A stretch of 64,000 nt of DNA, taken from the NCBI GenBank assembly GCA_003452395.1, contig DMOI01000045.1:3727-67726 (forward strand), read 5' to 3'. Under the pieces are notes generated by a model, which saw only the letters and a list, made by a program, of their open reading frames with translations, made no database searches and was not told where the DNA came from. Position 1 is the first letter of the stretch. Every line of letters begins with the position of its first letter. The position numbers and the translations under genes are program-made. Positions 47,068 to 57,072 of the stretch are shown here, piece after piece. This stretch comes from Clostridiales bacterium (GTDB lineage: Bacteria; Bacillota; Clostridia; Lachnospirales; UBA12420).

Positions 47068-48405
47068 TTATTTATGTATGTTAGAAAATTCTATATTTAT
47101 ATTTTTCATATTTGTTTCTAGTTCACTTTCTTTTATGCCTACTAATTCTTTATTTTCCAGTCGTACAAATAATGTTGTTCCTATACCAACTTCACTTTCA
47201 GCCCATATTTTACCATTATGAAGTTCTACTAATGATTTTGATAGTGCAAGTCCTATACCACTGCCTTCTTTTTGTTTGACTAATGAGCTATTTACTTGCA
47301 CAAACCTTTGAAATATAGTTGTTATTTTTTGTTTTTCTATCCCGGCTCCTGTGTCTTTTACAGAAATTAAAATATGTGTTCCTTCGTCTTTTATAACAAC
47401 TTCTATTTTTCCACCATTAGGAGTAAATTTTATTGCATTAGATAATAAATTCAGCATTATTCTTTCTATTTTTTCTGGATCACATGCAATTATTTTTTCT
47501 TCAACATCTGTATCAAATAAAAGAGCTATTCCATTTGCTTTTGCATATTCAACAACAGAGATTGATATTTCTTCTATAACATTAACTATATTATAATTTC
47601 CTAAATTTAGATTGTAATACCCTGCTTCTATTTTTGTCATATCTATTAAGTTGTTTACAAGTCTTAATAATCTATATCCATTTTCTTTTAGCATTTTCAA
47701 GTACTTTTCTTCAAATTCGCCACTTTGTTCAATTACTTGTAAGGTTGTTAATATTACATTAATAGGTGTTCTTATTTCATGTGATATATTTGAGAAAAAA
47801 TCGTTTTTCTTTTTTTCCTGTTTTACTACTTCCACTAACTCAGATGATATTTTTTTCATTTCTGTTATATCAAAAACAACTCCAATTACTCCAGAAATCT
47901 TATTTTTTCCTGTATATACAATATCTTTCTTTATTATATAATCTCGTGTGTCTTCTGTAAAAAGATCCGTGCTTAACTCATAAACTTGCATACCCGGGTT
48001 ATTGGTTAAATCCGTGCCTAATCGTTGCCACTCACTTAAAACTTCACTTTCAACAATTTGTTCTATCTTCTTTTTTATTATATCTTTTCGGCTTTTTTTT
48101 ACTAAGCTCTCAAATGCTTTGTTACACTCAATATATTCACCTGAGTATTTTTTATAGTAAATAGGATATGGTATATTATTTATTATTGTACTAACTAATC
48201 TTTCAAAATTTGCTGATTTTCTACCGTATAAAGTGTAAGATAAAATTAATAATGAAACTAAAATAATATCAAAAATTAAATTTTCCAAGATATTATTTTC
48301 TAAATTCAGATTAACATAACCTATATATTTAATTATAAAAACTATAGTTGCCACTAACCATAAAAGCATTATGCCTTTATTTTTTGTAAAATAATCGCCA
48401 CACAT
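47068..48405 (-). CDS. sensor histidine kinase (membrane, PAS-like, HisKA, HATPase_c) with no adjacent response regulator
   Basis: H-box FFSNISHEIRTPIN plus N, G1 and G2 boxes (NLLSNAIKF, DTGAGI, GSGIGL). Start set to the Met after AAAGG. The track start at 48447 would overlap the upstream gene by 23 nt. Confidence 0.85.
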   Translation of the reverse strand: MCGDYFTKNKGIMLLWLVATIVFIIKYIGYVNLNLENNILENLIFDIILVSLLILSYTLYGRKSANFERLVSTIINNIPYPIYYKKYSGEYIECNKAFESLVKKSRKDIIKKKIEQIVESEVLSEWQRLGTDLTNNPGMQVYELSTDLFTEDTRDYIIKKDIVYTGKNKISGVIGVVFDITEMKKISSELVEVVKQEKKKNDFFSNISHEIRTPINVILTTLQVIEQSGEFEEKYLKMLKENGYRLLRLVNNLIDMTKIEAGYYNLNLGNYNIVNVIEEISISVVEYAKANGIALLFDTDVEEKIIACDPEKIERIMLNLLSNAIKFTPNGGKIEVVIKDEGTHILISVKDTGAGIEKQKITTIFQRFVQVNSSLVKQKEGSGIGLALSKSLVELHNGKIWAESEVGIGTTLFVRLENKELVGIKESELETNMKNINIEFSNIHK

Positions 48406-48424
48406 AGTAAGCCTTTGCCCCCTA

Positions 48425-50851
48425 TTACTTTGAAACGTTATTATCAAATTTTTTAAGCTTTTCTACAACTTTTCCATAAATCGAATCCTTTTGATACCTT
48501 CCTTTTTCATTTTTCTTGCCTGCCGATAGTCCTGTAAGTATTTCTATGCCTTCATCAACATTTTTTACAGGATATATATGAAATTTTTTTTCTTTTATCG
48601 CCTGTATAACTTCTTCCTTTAACACAAGATCTTTTATATTTTGGTTAGGTATTATAACTCCTTGATCCCCTGTTAGCCCCCTCTGTTTACAAAGCTTATA
48701 GAATCCTTCCACTTTATGAGTGACTCCTCCTATTGGTTGTATCTCTCCCCATTGGTTTATAGACCCTGTCACTGCAATATTTTGCTTTATTGGTGTTTCT
48801 GAAAGGCTTGAAAATATCGCATATAATTCAGTACTCGAAGCACTGTCTCCATCTATTCCTGAATAATTTTGCTCAAAAGATATTCGACAAGAAAGGGCTA
48901 ATGGTATATCTTGAGCAAACTTTTGCCCTAAATACCCAATAAGAACCTGTACTCCTTTATTGTGTATCTTACCGCTCATATCGGCTTCCTTTTCTATATT
49001 TATAACTCCCGCCTTACCCATATATGTTGTAACAGTTATTCTAGTTGGCTTGCCGAACGTATAATCACCCGTATCAAGAACTGCAAGTCCGTTAATTTGT
49101 CCTACTTTTTTGCCTTTTGTATCAATCATTAGCATCTCTTCTTCTATCATTCTATCAAGTTTTTCTTCATATAAATTCGATCTTTGTTCTTTTTCAAAAA
49201 TTGCTTTCTTTACATGTTCGTCTTTTATTAAGTTACTCTCATCAAACCCGGCCCAAACACTAGCCTCCGAAAGTATTTGCGCAATCTCATCAAATCTAGT
49301 AGACATTTTATTTTGATGTTCAATTAATCTAGACGAATACTCAATAACCCTTGCAACTGCATATTTATCAAATGAAACAATCTTTTCTCTCTCACAAAAA
49401 CCTTTTATAAATCTAGCCATTTCCATTATATTTTTATGTGATTTTTCTATTTCTGTGTCAAAATCTACTTTAATTTTGAATAACTTACTAAAATCATCAT
49501 CATTATCAAAAAGCATATGATACAGATAATTATCTCCAATTAATATAACTTTTAAGTCTACTGGTATTGCCTCTGGTTTTATAGTAGATACCGCAACTGT
49601 TGCAAACTGGTCTCTAAGACTTTCTATCGTAATTTCTTTTGTCTTTAGAACACGTTTTAATGCTTCCCATGAATAAGAGTTTTTCAAAATATCACTTGCT
49701 TGCAATATAAGATATCCTCCATTTGCTTGCTGTAGTAATCCTGACTTTATTTTAGTAAAATCAGTTGTTAGATTACCAAATTCATTATTATACTCCACTT
49801 GTCCTATAAGTTTATTATACGTAGGATTAAAATCAAGTATAACAGGAGCACCCTTTGTCTTAGTATTATCGATAAACAAGTTGACTTTATATTTTGCAAG
49901 TATTGCTTCTCTTTTTTTAGGTTGCCATGGCACTTGCTGAACATTACCATCTTGCACTTCATCTTCCTCATCAACTAATTCTTGAATATTTTCCAATATA
50001 TCTTCTTTTAAGTTTTCCAAAAATTTGATAACTTTATCATGTTCTTTATATTTTTCTTTCATATCAATTATATGATGCCCTACAGCAAATAGACCTATCT
50101 CATAATCCAATTTTTCTAGATTAGACCTTGATTCTTTATCTAATGCCTTTATCTTTCTAGTAAGTTCTACTGCTTCTTTTTGTATTATTTGAGAATTTCC
50201 TGTTATTTCATCCTTTTTTTCTTGTGTCAACTCTTCGTACTGTTCTTCATTTATAACTTGTCCTTCAAGTAACGGCATAAAGTATATACCTGAATTACTT
50301 GTTTTAACAGCAAACCCCATTTCTTTAGCCCGCCTTGTTATTTCTTCCATTAATTTGTCTTTTTTTCCGTCATGTTTGCATAAAACTCTATTCTTTTGAT
50401 TTTGATACTCTTCTTCACCAAAAGCTTTTTTTATCTCTGACATAAGATCTTCTATAAACTCTTCTATATCTTTTTTAAATATCCTGCCCTCACCCGTTTT
50501 AAAACTTATTGCCTGGGGACATTCTTTGTTTTCGAAATTATATACGTAACACCAATCACATGGAGCATCCTTTTTCGAGGCTATCTGACTTATATATGTT
50601 TTAGCATATGTGGTTTTACCTGTTCCACTAGGTCCTGCTATGTACAAGTTGTAACCTTTCATATTTATTTTCATACCAAATTCTAAAGCCTTTTTAGCTC
50701 TTTCCTCACCGATAACTCCAATATAAGGCTTTAACTCATCTGTAGTTTCAAACTTTAATTCTCCTGGATTACAAATGTTTTTAATTAAATCTTCATAAAC
50801 TAGTTCTCTGAATTCTTTCAAGCATTCCACCCCTTTTAAAAATTTATCCAC
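48425..50851 (-). CDS. Lon-like ATP-dependent serine protease (LonB/LonC-type, no LonA N-domain)
   Basis: Walker A GPSGTGKT, a long helical insertion, and a C-terminal S16 domain with DGDSASS (Ser) and GGV.HK (Lys) motifs. Confidence 0.8.
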   Translation of the reverse strand: MDKFLKGVECLKEFRELVYEDLIKNICNPGELKFETTDELKPYIGVIGEERAKKALEFGMKINMKGYNLYIAGPSGTGKTTYAKTYISQIASKKDAPCDWCYVYNFENKECPQAISFKTGEGRIFKKDIEEFIEDLMSEIKKAFGEEEYQNQKNRVLCKHDGKKDKLMEEITRRAKEMGFAVKTSNSGIYFMPLLEGQVINEEQYEELTQEKKDEITGNSQIIQKEAVELTRKIKALDKESRSNLEKLDYEIGLFAVGHHIIDMKEKYKEHDKVIKFLENLKEDILENIQELVDEEDEVQDGNVQQVPWQPKKREAILAKYKVNLFIDNTKTKGAPVILDFNPTYNKLIGQVEYNNEFGNLTTDFTKIKSGLLQQANGGYLILQASDILKNSYSWEALKRVLKTKEITIESLRDQFATVAVSTIKPEAIPVDLKVILIGDNYLYHMLFDNDDDFSKLFKIKVDFDTEIEKSHKNIMEMARFIKGFCEREKIVSFDKYAVARVIEYSSRLIEHQNKMSTRFDEIAQILSEASVWAGFDESNLIKDEHVKKAIFEKEQRSNLYEEKLDRMIEEEMLMIDTKGKKVGQINGLAVLDTGDYTFGKPTRITVTTYMGKAGVINIEKEADMSGKIHNKGVQVLIGYLGQKFAQDIPLALSCRISFEQNYSGIDGDSASSTELYAIFSSLSETPIKQNIAVTGSINQWGEIQPIGGVTHKVEGFYKLCKQRGLTGDQGVIIPNQNIKDLVLKEEVIQAIKEKKFHIYPVKNVDEGIEILTGLSAGKKNEKGRYQKDSIYGKVVEKLKKFDNNVSK

Positions 50852-51285
50852 ATAATTATTGCATCTTCTGTCGGTCTAGTATAGTAGTTTTTCCTTATTC
50901 CCTCATTTTTAAACCCCAACTTTAAATAAAAATTAATTGCTACTGTATTTGACCTTCTAACTTCAAGCGTTGCTGTATTTATACTCTTATTTCTGCAGAA
51001 TTTAACAAGATACTTCATCAAAAAAGTTCCCGCTCCATTATTTTGCATACTAGGAGCAATACACATATTTGTTATATGGCATTCGCTAGTTATATCCCAA
51101 AAGCCCACATACCCAATTAAACAATCGTTATACTTTGCAAGAAAATAATATACATTTTCGTGCTCCATCTCACCCTCAAACATTTTTTTTGTCCATGGAT
51201 CAGTAAAACATTCCTCTTCAAGTAATAATATATCATTTATATCATTATTTGTCATCTTTTTTATTAAAATTTCTGAAAGTTTCAT
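50836..51285 (-). CDS. rimI: ribosomal-protein-alanine N-acetyltransferase
   Basis: GNAT fold with the acetyl-CoA motif QNNGAGTFLM. Start after AAGGAG. Confidence 0.8.
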   Translation of the reverse strand: MKLSEILIKKMTNNDINDILLLEEECFTDPWTKKMFEGEMEHENVYYFLAKYNDCLIGYVGFWDITSECHITNMCIAPSMQNNGAGTFLMKYLVKFCRNKSINTATLEVRRSNTVAINFYLKLGFKNEGIRKNYYTRPTEDAIIMWINF

Positions 51286-51323
51286 ATAAATGCTCCTTAA
51301 ATCCATTATAACATCTCACCATA

Positions 51324-51441
51324 CCTGTCATTGCGAGGAGGTTCTTTCGACGTGGCAATCTCATCTTTTAAATTATTCTATTGTGTAAGTATTTCCCTTT
51401 AAAGATGAGATTGCTTCGTCGTTCCTCCTCGCAATGACAGG
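51324..51441. repeat. family A palindromic element (complete) between tsaB and rimI
   Basis: About 45-bp arms, CCTGTCATTGCGAGGAGGTTCTTTCGACGTGGCAATCTCATCTTTTA and its near-complement. Confidence 0.9.
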
Positions 51442-51462
51442 TGAACACTACATCCCTCACTA

Positions 51463-52143
51463 TTATTTTTCTGCTTGTGATTTTTTTATATAAAAGGGAT
51501 TTACAAAGATATCTTTTGTTTCTAATAATTCTTTATTCTCTAAAACATATTTTATTAAATTACCTGCTTTTTGAAAGTTATTATTATTATCTGCAAATTC
51601 ATATTCTATATCATGAAATCTTTCATTGATATACTCCCTATAGCTCGTAATTCCATCCCCTATAAATATTATCTTTTCATTCATACTATTTCTAATAAAT
51701 ATCTCAAAATCATCTATATCCATCAACTCATAATCTGAAATTCTATTTAACTTATTAGTATTTTTGTACAGAGCGGTATATATTTTCCTACCCTTTGCAT
51801 CAATTATAGGACAAATCGCTCCTTGATAGCTACCAATTTCTATGGCTAGTCCATCTAATGTAGTAATACCTATAACAGGCACATTAAGTAGCTCACCAAA
51901 AGTATTTGCAACTGTAACACCTATTCTTAACCCCGTAAAAGAGCCAGGACCTTTTGCTACTATAATTAGGTTAATATCTTTTTTATTTATATTAGAACTT
52001 GAAATTACCTCATCAATAATAGGTATAAGAAGCTCCGAATGTGTCAGTCCTTTGTCAATATTTTTCTCTACCGTCACACCATCCTCTGTACCTATCGCCA
52101 CAGAACAAATACTTGATGCCGTATCAATCGCAAGTATATACAT
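51463..52143 (-). CDS. tsaB: tRNA t6A37 biosynthesis protein TsaB
   Basis: MYILAIDTASSICSVAI...GPGSFTGLRIGV. Confidence 0.9.
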   Translation of the reverse strand: MYILAIDTASSICSVAIGTEDGVTVEKNIDKGLTHSELLIPIIDEVISSSNINKKDINLIIVAKGPGSFTGLRIGVTVANTFGELLNVPVIGITTLDGLAIEIGSYQGAICPIIDAKGRKIYTALYKNTNKLNRISDYELMDIDDFEIFIRNSMNEKIIFIGDGITSYREYINERFHDIEYEFADNNNNFQKAGNLIKYVLENKELLETKDIFVNPFYIKKSQAEK

Positions 52144-52173
52144 TATATTCTCCCTTCGTTTACCTTCTAACTT

Positions 52174-52740
52174 TTAATTATATTTATTCATAGCTTTAGC
52201 ATTTCCTTCTTTTATAATCAATTCAATTGCATCACATGCATTTGTAGTTGCTATATTTATCAAATCTTGTTCTTCTTTTCTAAAAGGGCTAAGTACGTAG
52301 TCCGCTAAATCCCAGTTTTGAGGTCTTTCCCCGATTCCTACCCTTATTCGTGAAAAGGTATCTGAACCAATTTTATTTATTATATCCTTCATTCCATTAT
52401 GTCCACCTGAGCTTCCTTTTTCTCTAATTCTTATTTTTCCGACTTCTAGACTAATATCATCATATATAACAATGATATCCTCTGTTGTTAATTTATAAAA
52501 ACCAAGTATTCCTTGTACACTATCTCCGCTCAAGTTCATAAATGTAAGTGGCATAACTAAAATGACTTTTTCGTTTCCTATCTTTCCTTCTCCTATTATA
52601 GCCCTAAACTTCTCTTTATCTAATTTTATTTTATTAATACTAGCCAACTTGTCTATAACTTCAAACCCTATATTATGCCTTGTTCTATCATACTTGAGAC
52701 CCGGATTACCTAATCCAACTATAATGTACACTACCCTCAC
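52174..52740 (-). CDS. pth: peptidyl-tRNA hydrolase
   Basis: VGLGNPGLKYDRTRHNIGF and GGHNGMKDI motifs. Confidence 0.95.
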   Translation of the reverse strand: MRVVYIIVGLGNPGLKYDRTRHNIGFEVIDKLASINKIKLDKEKFRAIIGEGKIGNEKVILVMPLTFMNLSGDSVQGILGFYKLTTEDIIVIYDDISLEVGKIRIREKGSSGGHNGMKDIINKIGSDTFSRIRVGIGERPQNWDLADYVLSPFRKEEQDLINIATTNACDAIELIIKEGNAKAMNKYN

Positions 52741-52748
52741 CTCACTTG

Positions 52749-53474
52749 CTATTTAAGTCTCACTCTCGCTTTATCATATACCACCATTTCCCTATCTTTC
52801 ATTTCTAGCATTTTTTCTTTTGCAATAAAGCCTTTTACTTTAGTCATCGGACCTATCCATGTATATTTTCCTATAAATGTCCCTGGTAAGGTAGTGCAGT
52901 TTGCGCCTATTCTAGAATGATCCCCCAAAACACATCCAAAAAAATCCAGTCCTAAATCGAAAAGTTCATCAGCATTTTTTACTGTAATATTTCTTTGATC
53001 AAATCTTCTATTAGCAAGTATCGAGCCCGAACCCACCCTGGCACTATCACCTATTATTGAGTCTCCTACAAAGGTAAAACTCTGCACTTTAGCATTATCC
53101 ATTATTATACTATGTTTCACTTGTGCACAATGTCCTATTGTACAATTATCTCCTATTATTGTGTATGGTCTTATAAAGGCACCCGGCATTATTGTGCAAT
53201 TTTCTCCAATTATTGAAGGTCCCTCAATTACTACATTTGGATATATTACTGTACTTTCTTCTATCATACATTTTCCAGTAATCACAACATTTTGTCTGTT
53301 TTTCATTTCTTTAAAGTCTTCGCTAAAAAAATTTATATTAATAGTATCTTCAACATACTCTTGTAATTTTTTCATTACCTCCCATACATGGGTCATATCA
53401 TTAAATAAGCATCCATGTTTATAATCTTCTAGACTTTCAAAATAATAGTTAAAATTAGAACCTTCATTTTTCAT
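52749..53474 (-). CDS. left-handed beta-helix acetyltransferase resembling the GlmU C-terminal domain
   Basis: Hexapeptide repeats. PGAFIRPYTIIGDNCTIGHCAQVKHSII...FVGDSIIGDSARVGSGSILAN aligns by eye to GlmU GPFAHIRP...IGNFVEIKK...YVGDAEVG...GCGSITVN. Confidence 0.65.
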   Translation of the reverse strand: MKNEGSNFNYYFESLEDYKHGCLFNDMTHVWEVMKKLQEYVEDTININFFSEDFKEMKNRQNVVITGKCMIEESTVIYPNVVIEGPSIIGENCTIMPGAFIRPYTIIGDNCTIGHCAQVKHSIIMDNAKVQSFTFVGDSIIGDSARVGSGSILANRRFDQRNITVKNADELFDLGLDFFGCVLGDHSRIGANCTTLPGTFIGKYTWIGPMTKVKGFIAKEKMLEMKDREMVVYDKARVRLK

Positions 53475-53496
53475 GTTTCTTCTCCCTTGTTAATAT

Positions 53497-54888
53497 CTAT
53501 TTATTAATGGTATATGGATTATCTATTGTACCTTCTCCCCCAGTTATATATACAGACTCATCAATATTTATAGCTGGTCTTGCGGGAAAGTTAGTAAATG
53601 CATCTGCTTGACTTATTATTCCACTTAAATAATAAACATAGTAAATTTTTGTAGTAGAATCATTTGGTTGTGTAATTAACCACCAGTCTGCATTTATATC
53701 AGTAGTGGTAATTAGTTCACCCAATCTAAGTAATCCAACATTTGCCGAGATAGATTCAACCTTATTTTGCTCATATTTAACTTGCTCTATCGACTTTTCT
53801 ACTTTTTTATCGGGATTATTACCGACTTTGTCATATTGTGATGATTTTTTTGGATCTTTTGCAGGAGCCATATATCCAATATCTCTTATATACCAATCTG
53901 ATAATACAATCCAGTGTTTATTTTCTAGATTTTCATAAAATACTGTATTTAGAAAATTAGCTATATTATATTTATCTTTCGGATTATACGAAGGTATATT
54001 TCTTGTATCAAATCCTTGAAACCAGATAGCACTATTGCATACAATTTTTGTAGTAAGATTAGTATTTACATCAACAATTCTCCACGAAAACCCTGAATAT
54101 GTAATGTACTCCCCTGAGTGTCTCGTATTGAGTTTTTCCCCAGTTTTTGCAATAGACTCTTGTTTTAACTTATAAGGCGAAGCTTTAGTTCCTTCTCCCG
54201 ATTTTAAAGAAATAGTATTAGAAATTTTTATTACAGGAGTTACCCCATATTTACTATCAATTGGTGCTACATTAAGTTTCCCATCGTTTGATATACAATA
54301 TGCTTGATTAAGAGCATACGAAGGAGCAGACATTGTCCAATTGTATTTCGATATATTTAATATGCCTTTATACTTTATATACTCATCTTTAGTAAGCATT
54401 CCTATGTTATCCGTCACCGAATTATTTGTACCGTCCTCATTTTCCCTCCAAATAAATGTTTGGGGAATCAAAAGTGCTTTATTGTTTAATGTTTTATAGT
54501 AGGTTTGGTTTAACCAAACTCTTAAATAACTCAGATCATACTCATTATTATCTTCATAGTTATAATTTAGTATGGCAATAGGGTCTGCTGAAATAAGTAC
54601 AATACCATCATCTGCTTTATTTAAAATTATCCAATTATTTCCACTAAACCAGATGTAAGAACCCACTTCTTTGTCTTTTATATATATACTATTTTTATTT
54701 TCAACTTCAACTTGGTTTTGCGTTGTTCCTGTTTGATTTGTCTTATTTCCTTCAATTTCATCTACATTTTCAATATTTGTTGCAGGATTTTTCATAAAAT
54801 TTAGAACTAGATAACTTATTGCAATTAATACAATAACTAAAATACAACCCAAAACAATCAATTTTTTAGATTTATCACTTGTCTTCAT
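53497..54888 (-). CDS. membrane-anchored protein with two DUF6273/DUF1566-like domains
   Basis: N-terminal signal anchor. Two modules each have a W-rich beta pattern. The second ends DWWLITQPN...FPARPAINI and GGEGTIDNPYTI. Normal AT-rich codon usage. Confidence 0.65.
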   Translation of the reverse strand: MKTSDKSKKLIVLGCILVIVLIAISYLVLNFMKNPATNIENVDEIEGNKTNQTGTTQNQVEVENKNSIYIKDKEVGSYIWFSGNNWIILNKADDGIVLISADPIAILNYNYEDNNEYDLSYLRVWLNQTYYKTLNNKALLIPQTFIWRENEDGTNNSVTDNIGMLTKDEYIKYKGILNISKYNWTMSAPSYALNQAYCISNDGKLNVAPIDSKYGVTPVIKISNTISLKSGEGTKASPYKLKQESIAKTGEKLNTRHSGEYITYSGFSWRIVDVNTNLTTKIVCNSAIWFQGFDTRNIPSYNPKDKYNIANFLNTVFYENLENKHWIVLSDWYIRDIGYMAPAKDPKKSSQYDKVGNNPDKKVEKSIEQVKYEQNKVESISANVGLLRLGELITTTDINADWWLITQPNDSTTKIYYVYYLSGIISQADAFTNFPARPAINIDESVYITGGEGTIDNPYTINK

Positions 54889-55030
54889 TATCTCATCACC
54901 TTTCTTGTAATAAATATACTATTTAGTCTATTCTATCATTTTGAAAATGATTTGACAATATAAATTTACAAAAAAAAAGAAGGCGTCCTGAAAGGTTTAC
55001 ACTTCAAAGACCCAACCTTCTGTTTTTTTA

Positions 55031-55342
55031 CTAACAAGCTCTTGATAAAATACCTGTGTCATCTACATCTTCTGTTACATCATCAAGAATATTTACCATT
55101 GATACCGGCGTTACAGCATGTTCTATCAGCATATTTATAATCTCACGTACCGTATTGTATCTATCCGATATATTTGTCACAGCCTCCTTTTCAAGTATTC
55201 GTTCATTATGTAATTTTTTTATTGATATTCCGTAAATTATCTTGTTGTCCCTTTGAGCTTTTGTTATATAATAGTTCAAAGTAAATTTCTGTTTCTCTGT
55301 CAAAATCTCTTTAGTTCCGTACAAAACATCTTCATTAACCAT
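55031..55342 (-). CDS. hypothetical protein
   Basis: 103-aa ORF. No confidently recognised domain. Confidence 0.5.
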   Translation of the reverse strand: MVNEDVLYGTKEILTEKQKFTLNYYITKAQRDNKIIYGISIKKLHNERILEKEAVTNISDRYNTVREIINMLIEHAVTPVSMVNILDDVTEDVDDTGILSRAC

Positions 55343-55562
55343 AAATTAAAAATCCCCCTTTAAATAGTATAATTTGTATAGAAGTCAATTTGAATTATAC
55401 TCTTTTTAAAAGATTTGTAAAGAAATAAAAAACGCAATTATCCCTTATATATTATGTAAAATGACAAACAAATTGTATAAATTCCCTTTTACTCACTAAT
55501 ACTCCATCAAATTATGTAGTTTTATTATTTTTCTTGTAATAAAGTTTTTTAATTATTAGTGT

Positions 55563-56537
55563 TTATTTTGTGTTATTATTATTTACCTCTAACAACTTAA
55601 ATTTCTTCTTATTAATCATTATATCATTTTGCTTACAATAAGCAATACCTTTATTTTCAAGTACTGCAACGCTTGTTCCAAAAGCTATCTTAGACATTTT
55701 TTCTTGTTCGTATTTCCTTTCAATACCCACAGCAATAGCACCTAAAAAAGCATCTACTGCCTCTGAAATCTTTTCACAAGGCAAACCATAATCAGCCTCA
55801 ATATAACAAGTTTTATTTTTAGATATAAAAAGAGCCCCCTCGCCTACAATATCTATAATAACATAATGAATACCTTTTTTTATAAAATCCGAGTAGTTTT
55901 TTGCAATTTCTTCCTTTGATTTTTGAAGTATCTTATCATCCTTTGATATAGTAATTTTTATTGCATATGGGACAATAAAATCTAAAAAATCAAGTACATT
56001 ACTATATTTGTTAATATTTAGTATTATTTTATAATGATCATTCTTATAAAATTTCAATATATCTTTGTAAAACTCTTTTTCATTACTTTTGAAGAAATTT
56101 TCGTTTATTATAACTACATGTGCCAGATTTCTTGTATCATTCAGAACACTCCTATAGATAGCATATTCTTTATCAATTATATTTTTTGTATCTTCCCCTA
56201 TAACAGCATATGATTTGTTATTCTTATCCAAAATATTTACCTTTAATTCTGTATCACATCTAGTATATATAAGCTCTGACTTAATATTATCTTTTGTAAA
56301 AATCTTTCTTATATGTTTACCTGTAGTACCACCTAAAAAAGAAACCACAAAAGGCTCACTTTGCAAAAGCTTAATGGTCTTTATTATGGTCATTCCGCTA
56401 ATCTCAAGTCTTTCCATATTATCTTCTTCTGTCATGTAACCTACATTCAAATCATCCTCATTATAAGTCTTACTTAAATATAAATGAGGTAAAACTAAAA
56501 TAATCAAAATTAAACACCCCTTTAGAACAAATAACAA
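55563..56537 (-). CDS. PfkB-family (1-phosphofructokinase-like) protein with degenerate motifs
   Basis: FLGGTTGKHIRK and DAFLGAIAVG resemble PfkB segments, but the GGKG and DTxGAGD motifs are not intact. Start uncertain: TTG at 56537 lies in a repeat, with ATG candidates at 56435 and 56417. Confidence 0.5.
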   Translation of the reverse strand: MLFVLKGCLILIILVLPHLYLSKTYNEDDLNVGYMTEEDNMERLEISGMTIIKTIKLLQSEPFVVSFLGGTTGKHIRKIFTKDNIKSELIYTRCDTELKVNILDKNNKSYAVIGEDTKNIIDKEYAIYRSVLNDTRNLAHVVIINENFFKSNEKEFYKDILKFYKNDHYKIILNINKYSNVLDFLDFIVPYAIKITISKDDKILQKSKEEIAKNYSDFIKKGIHYVIIDIVGEGALFISKNKTCYIEADYGLPCEKISEAVDAFLGAIAVGIERKYEQEKMSKIAFGTSVAVLENKGIAYCKQNDIMINKKKFKLLEVNNNNTK

Positions 56538-56560
56538 AGTACAAATAAAAATAACTAATA
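56520..56560. repeat. family C single arm
   Basis: AACAAAT AACAAAG TACAAAT AAAAATA. Confidence 0.5.
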
Positions 56561-56628
56561 GATTATATCTATCAGTTATTTATTATAACGTGTTTTTCTG
56601 TGAATTGCAAGGTGTATGTATTTATATT

Positions 56629-57000
56629 TTAATTATTTTTTGTGTTAACTCCTATTATTCCACCTAAAACTCCACCTATCAACGCTGTGGAAAGTAGCTT
56701 AAAAGAATTAGGAGAAAATCCATACTCATTAGTAATAGCAAACGTTATTATAGCTAAAAAAACAAAATATATCCCCCCTACAAGAAGCCCAGAAAGCCAT
56801 CCATTCATACTCAGATTTCTTGCAGCATAAAATCCCCCTATAAACAATGCTACAATAGTTATAGCTGCAATACCAATACCTATACTATTATCGTCAATAG
56901 AAGCGTAGGTTAGTAAAAATGAAAAAAATAACAATAATATAAGCGTTACAATATAAGATAGTAAAACTCCTTTAAATAACTGCATAATAAAATTTTTCAT
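56629..57000 (-). CDS. small four-TM membrane protein (TIGR04086-like)
   Basis: 123 aa with four hydrophobic helices and a GGFYAARN...NGWLSGLLVG pattern. Confidence 0.6.
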   Translation of the reverse strand: MKNFIMQLFKGVLLSYIVTLILLLFFSFLLTYASIDDNSIGIGIAAITIVALFIGGFYAARNLSMNGWLSGLLVGGIYFVFLAIITFAITNEYGFSPNSFKLLSTALIGGVLGGIIGVNTKNN

Positions 57001-57072
57001 AACTCACCTCTTAATTTGTTTAGTTATTAAAATTATATTACACATTATTAAAAATATGAAAAAATATTTAGA

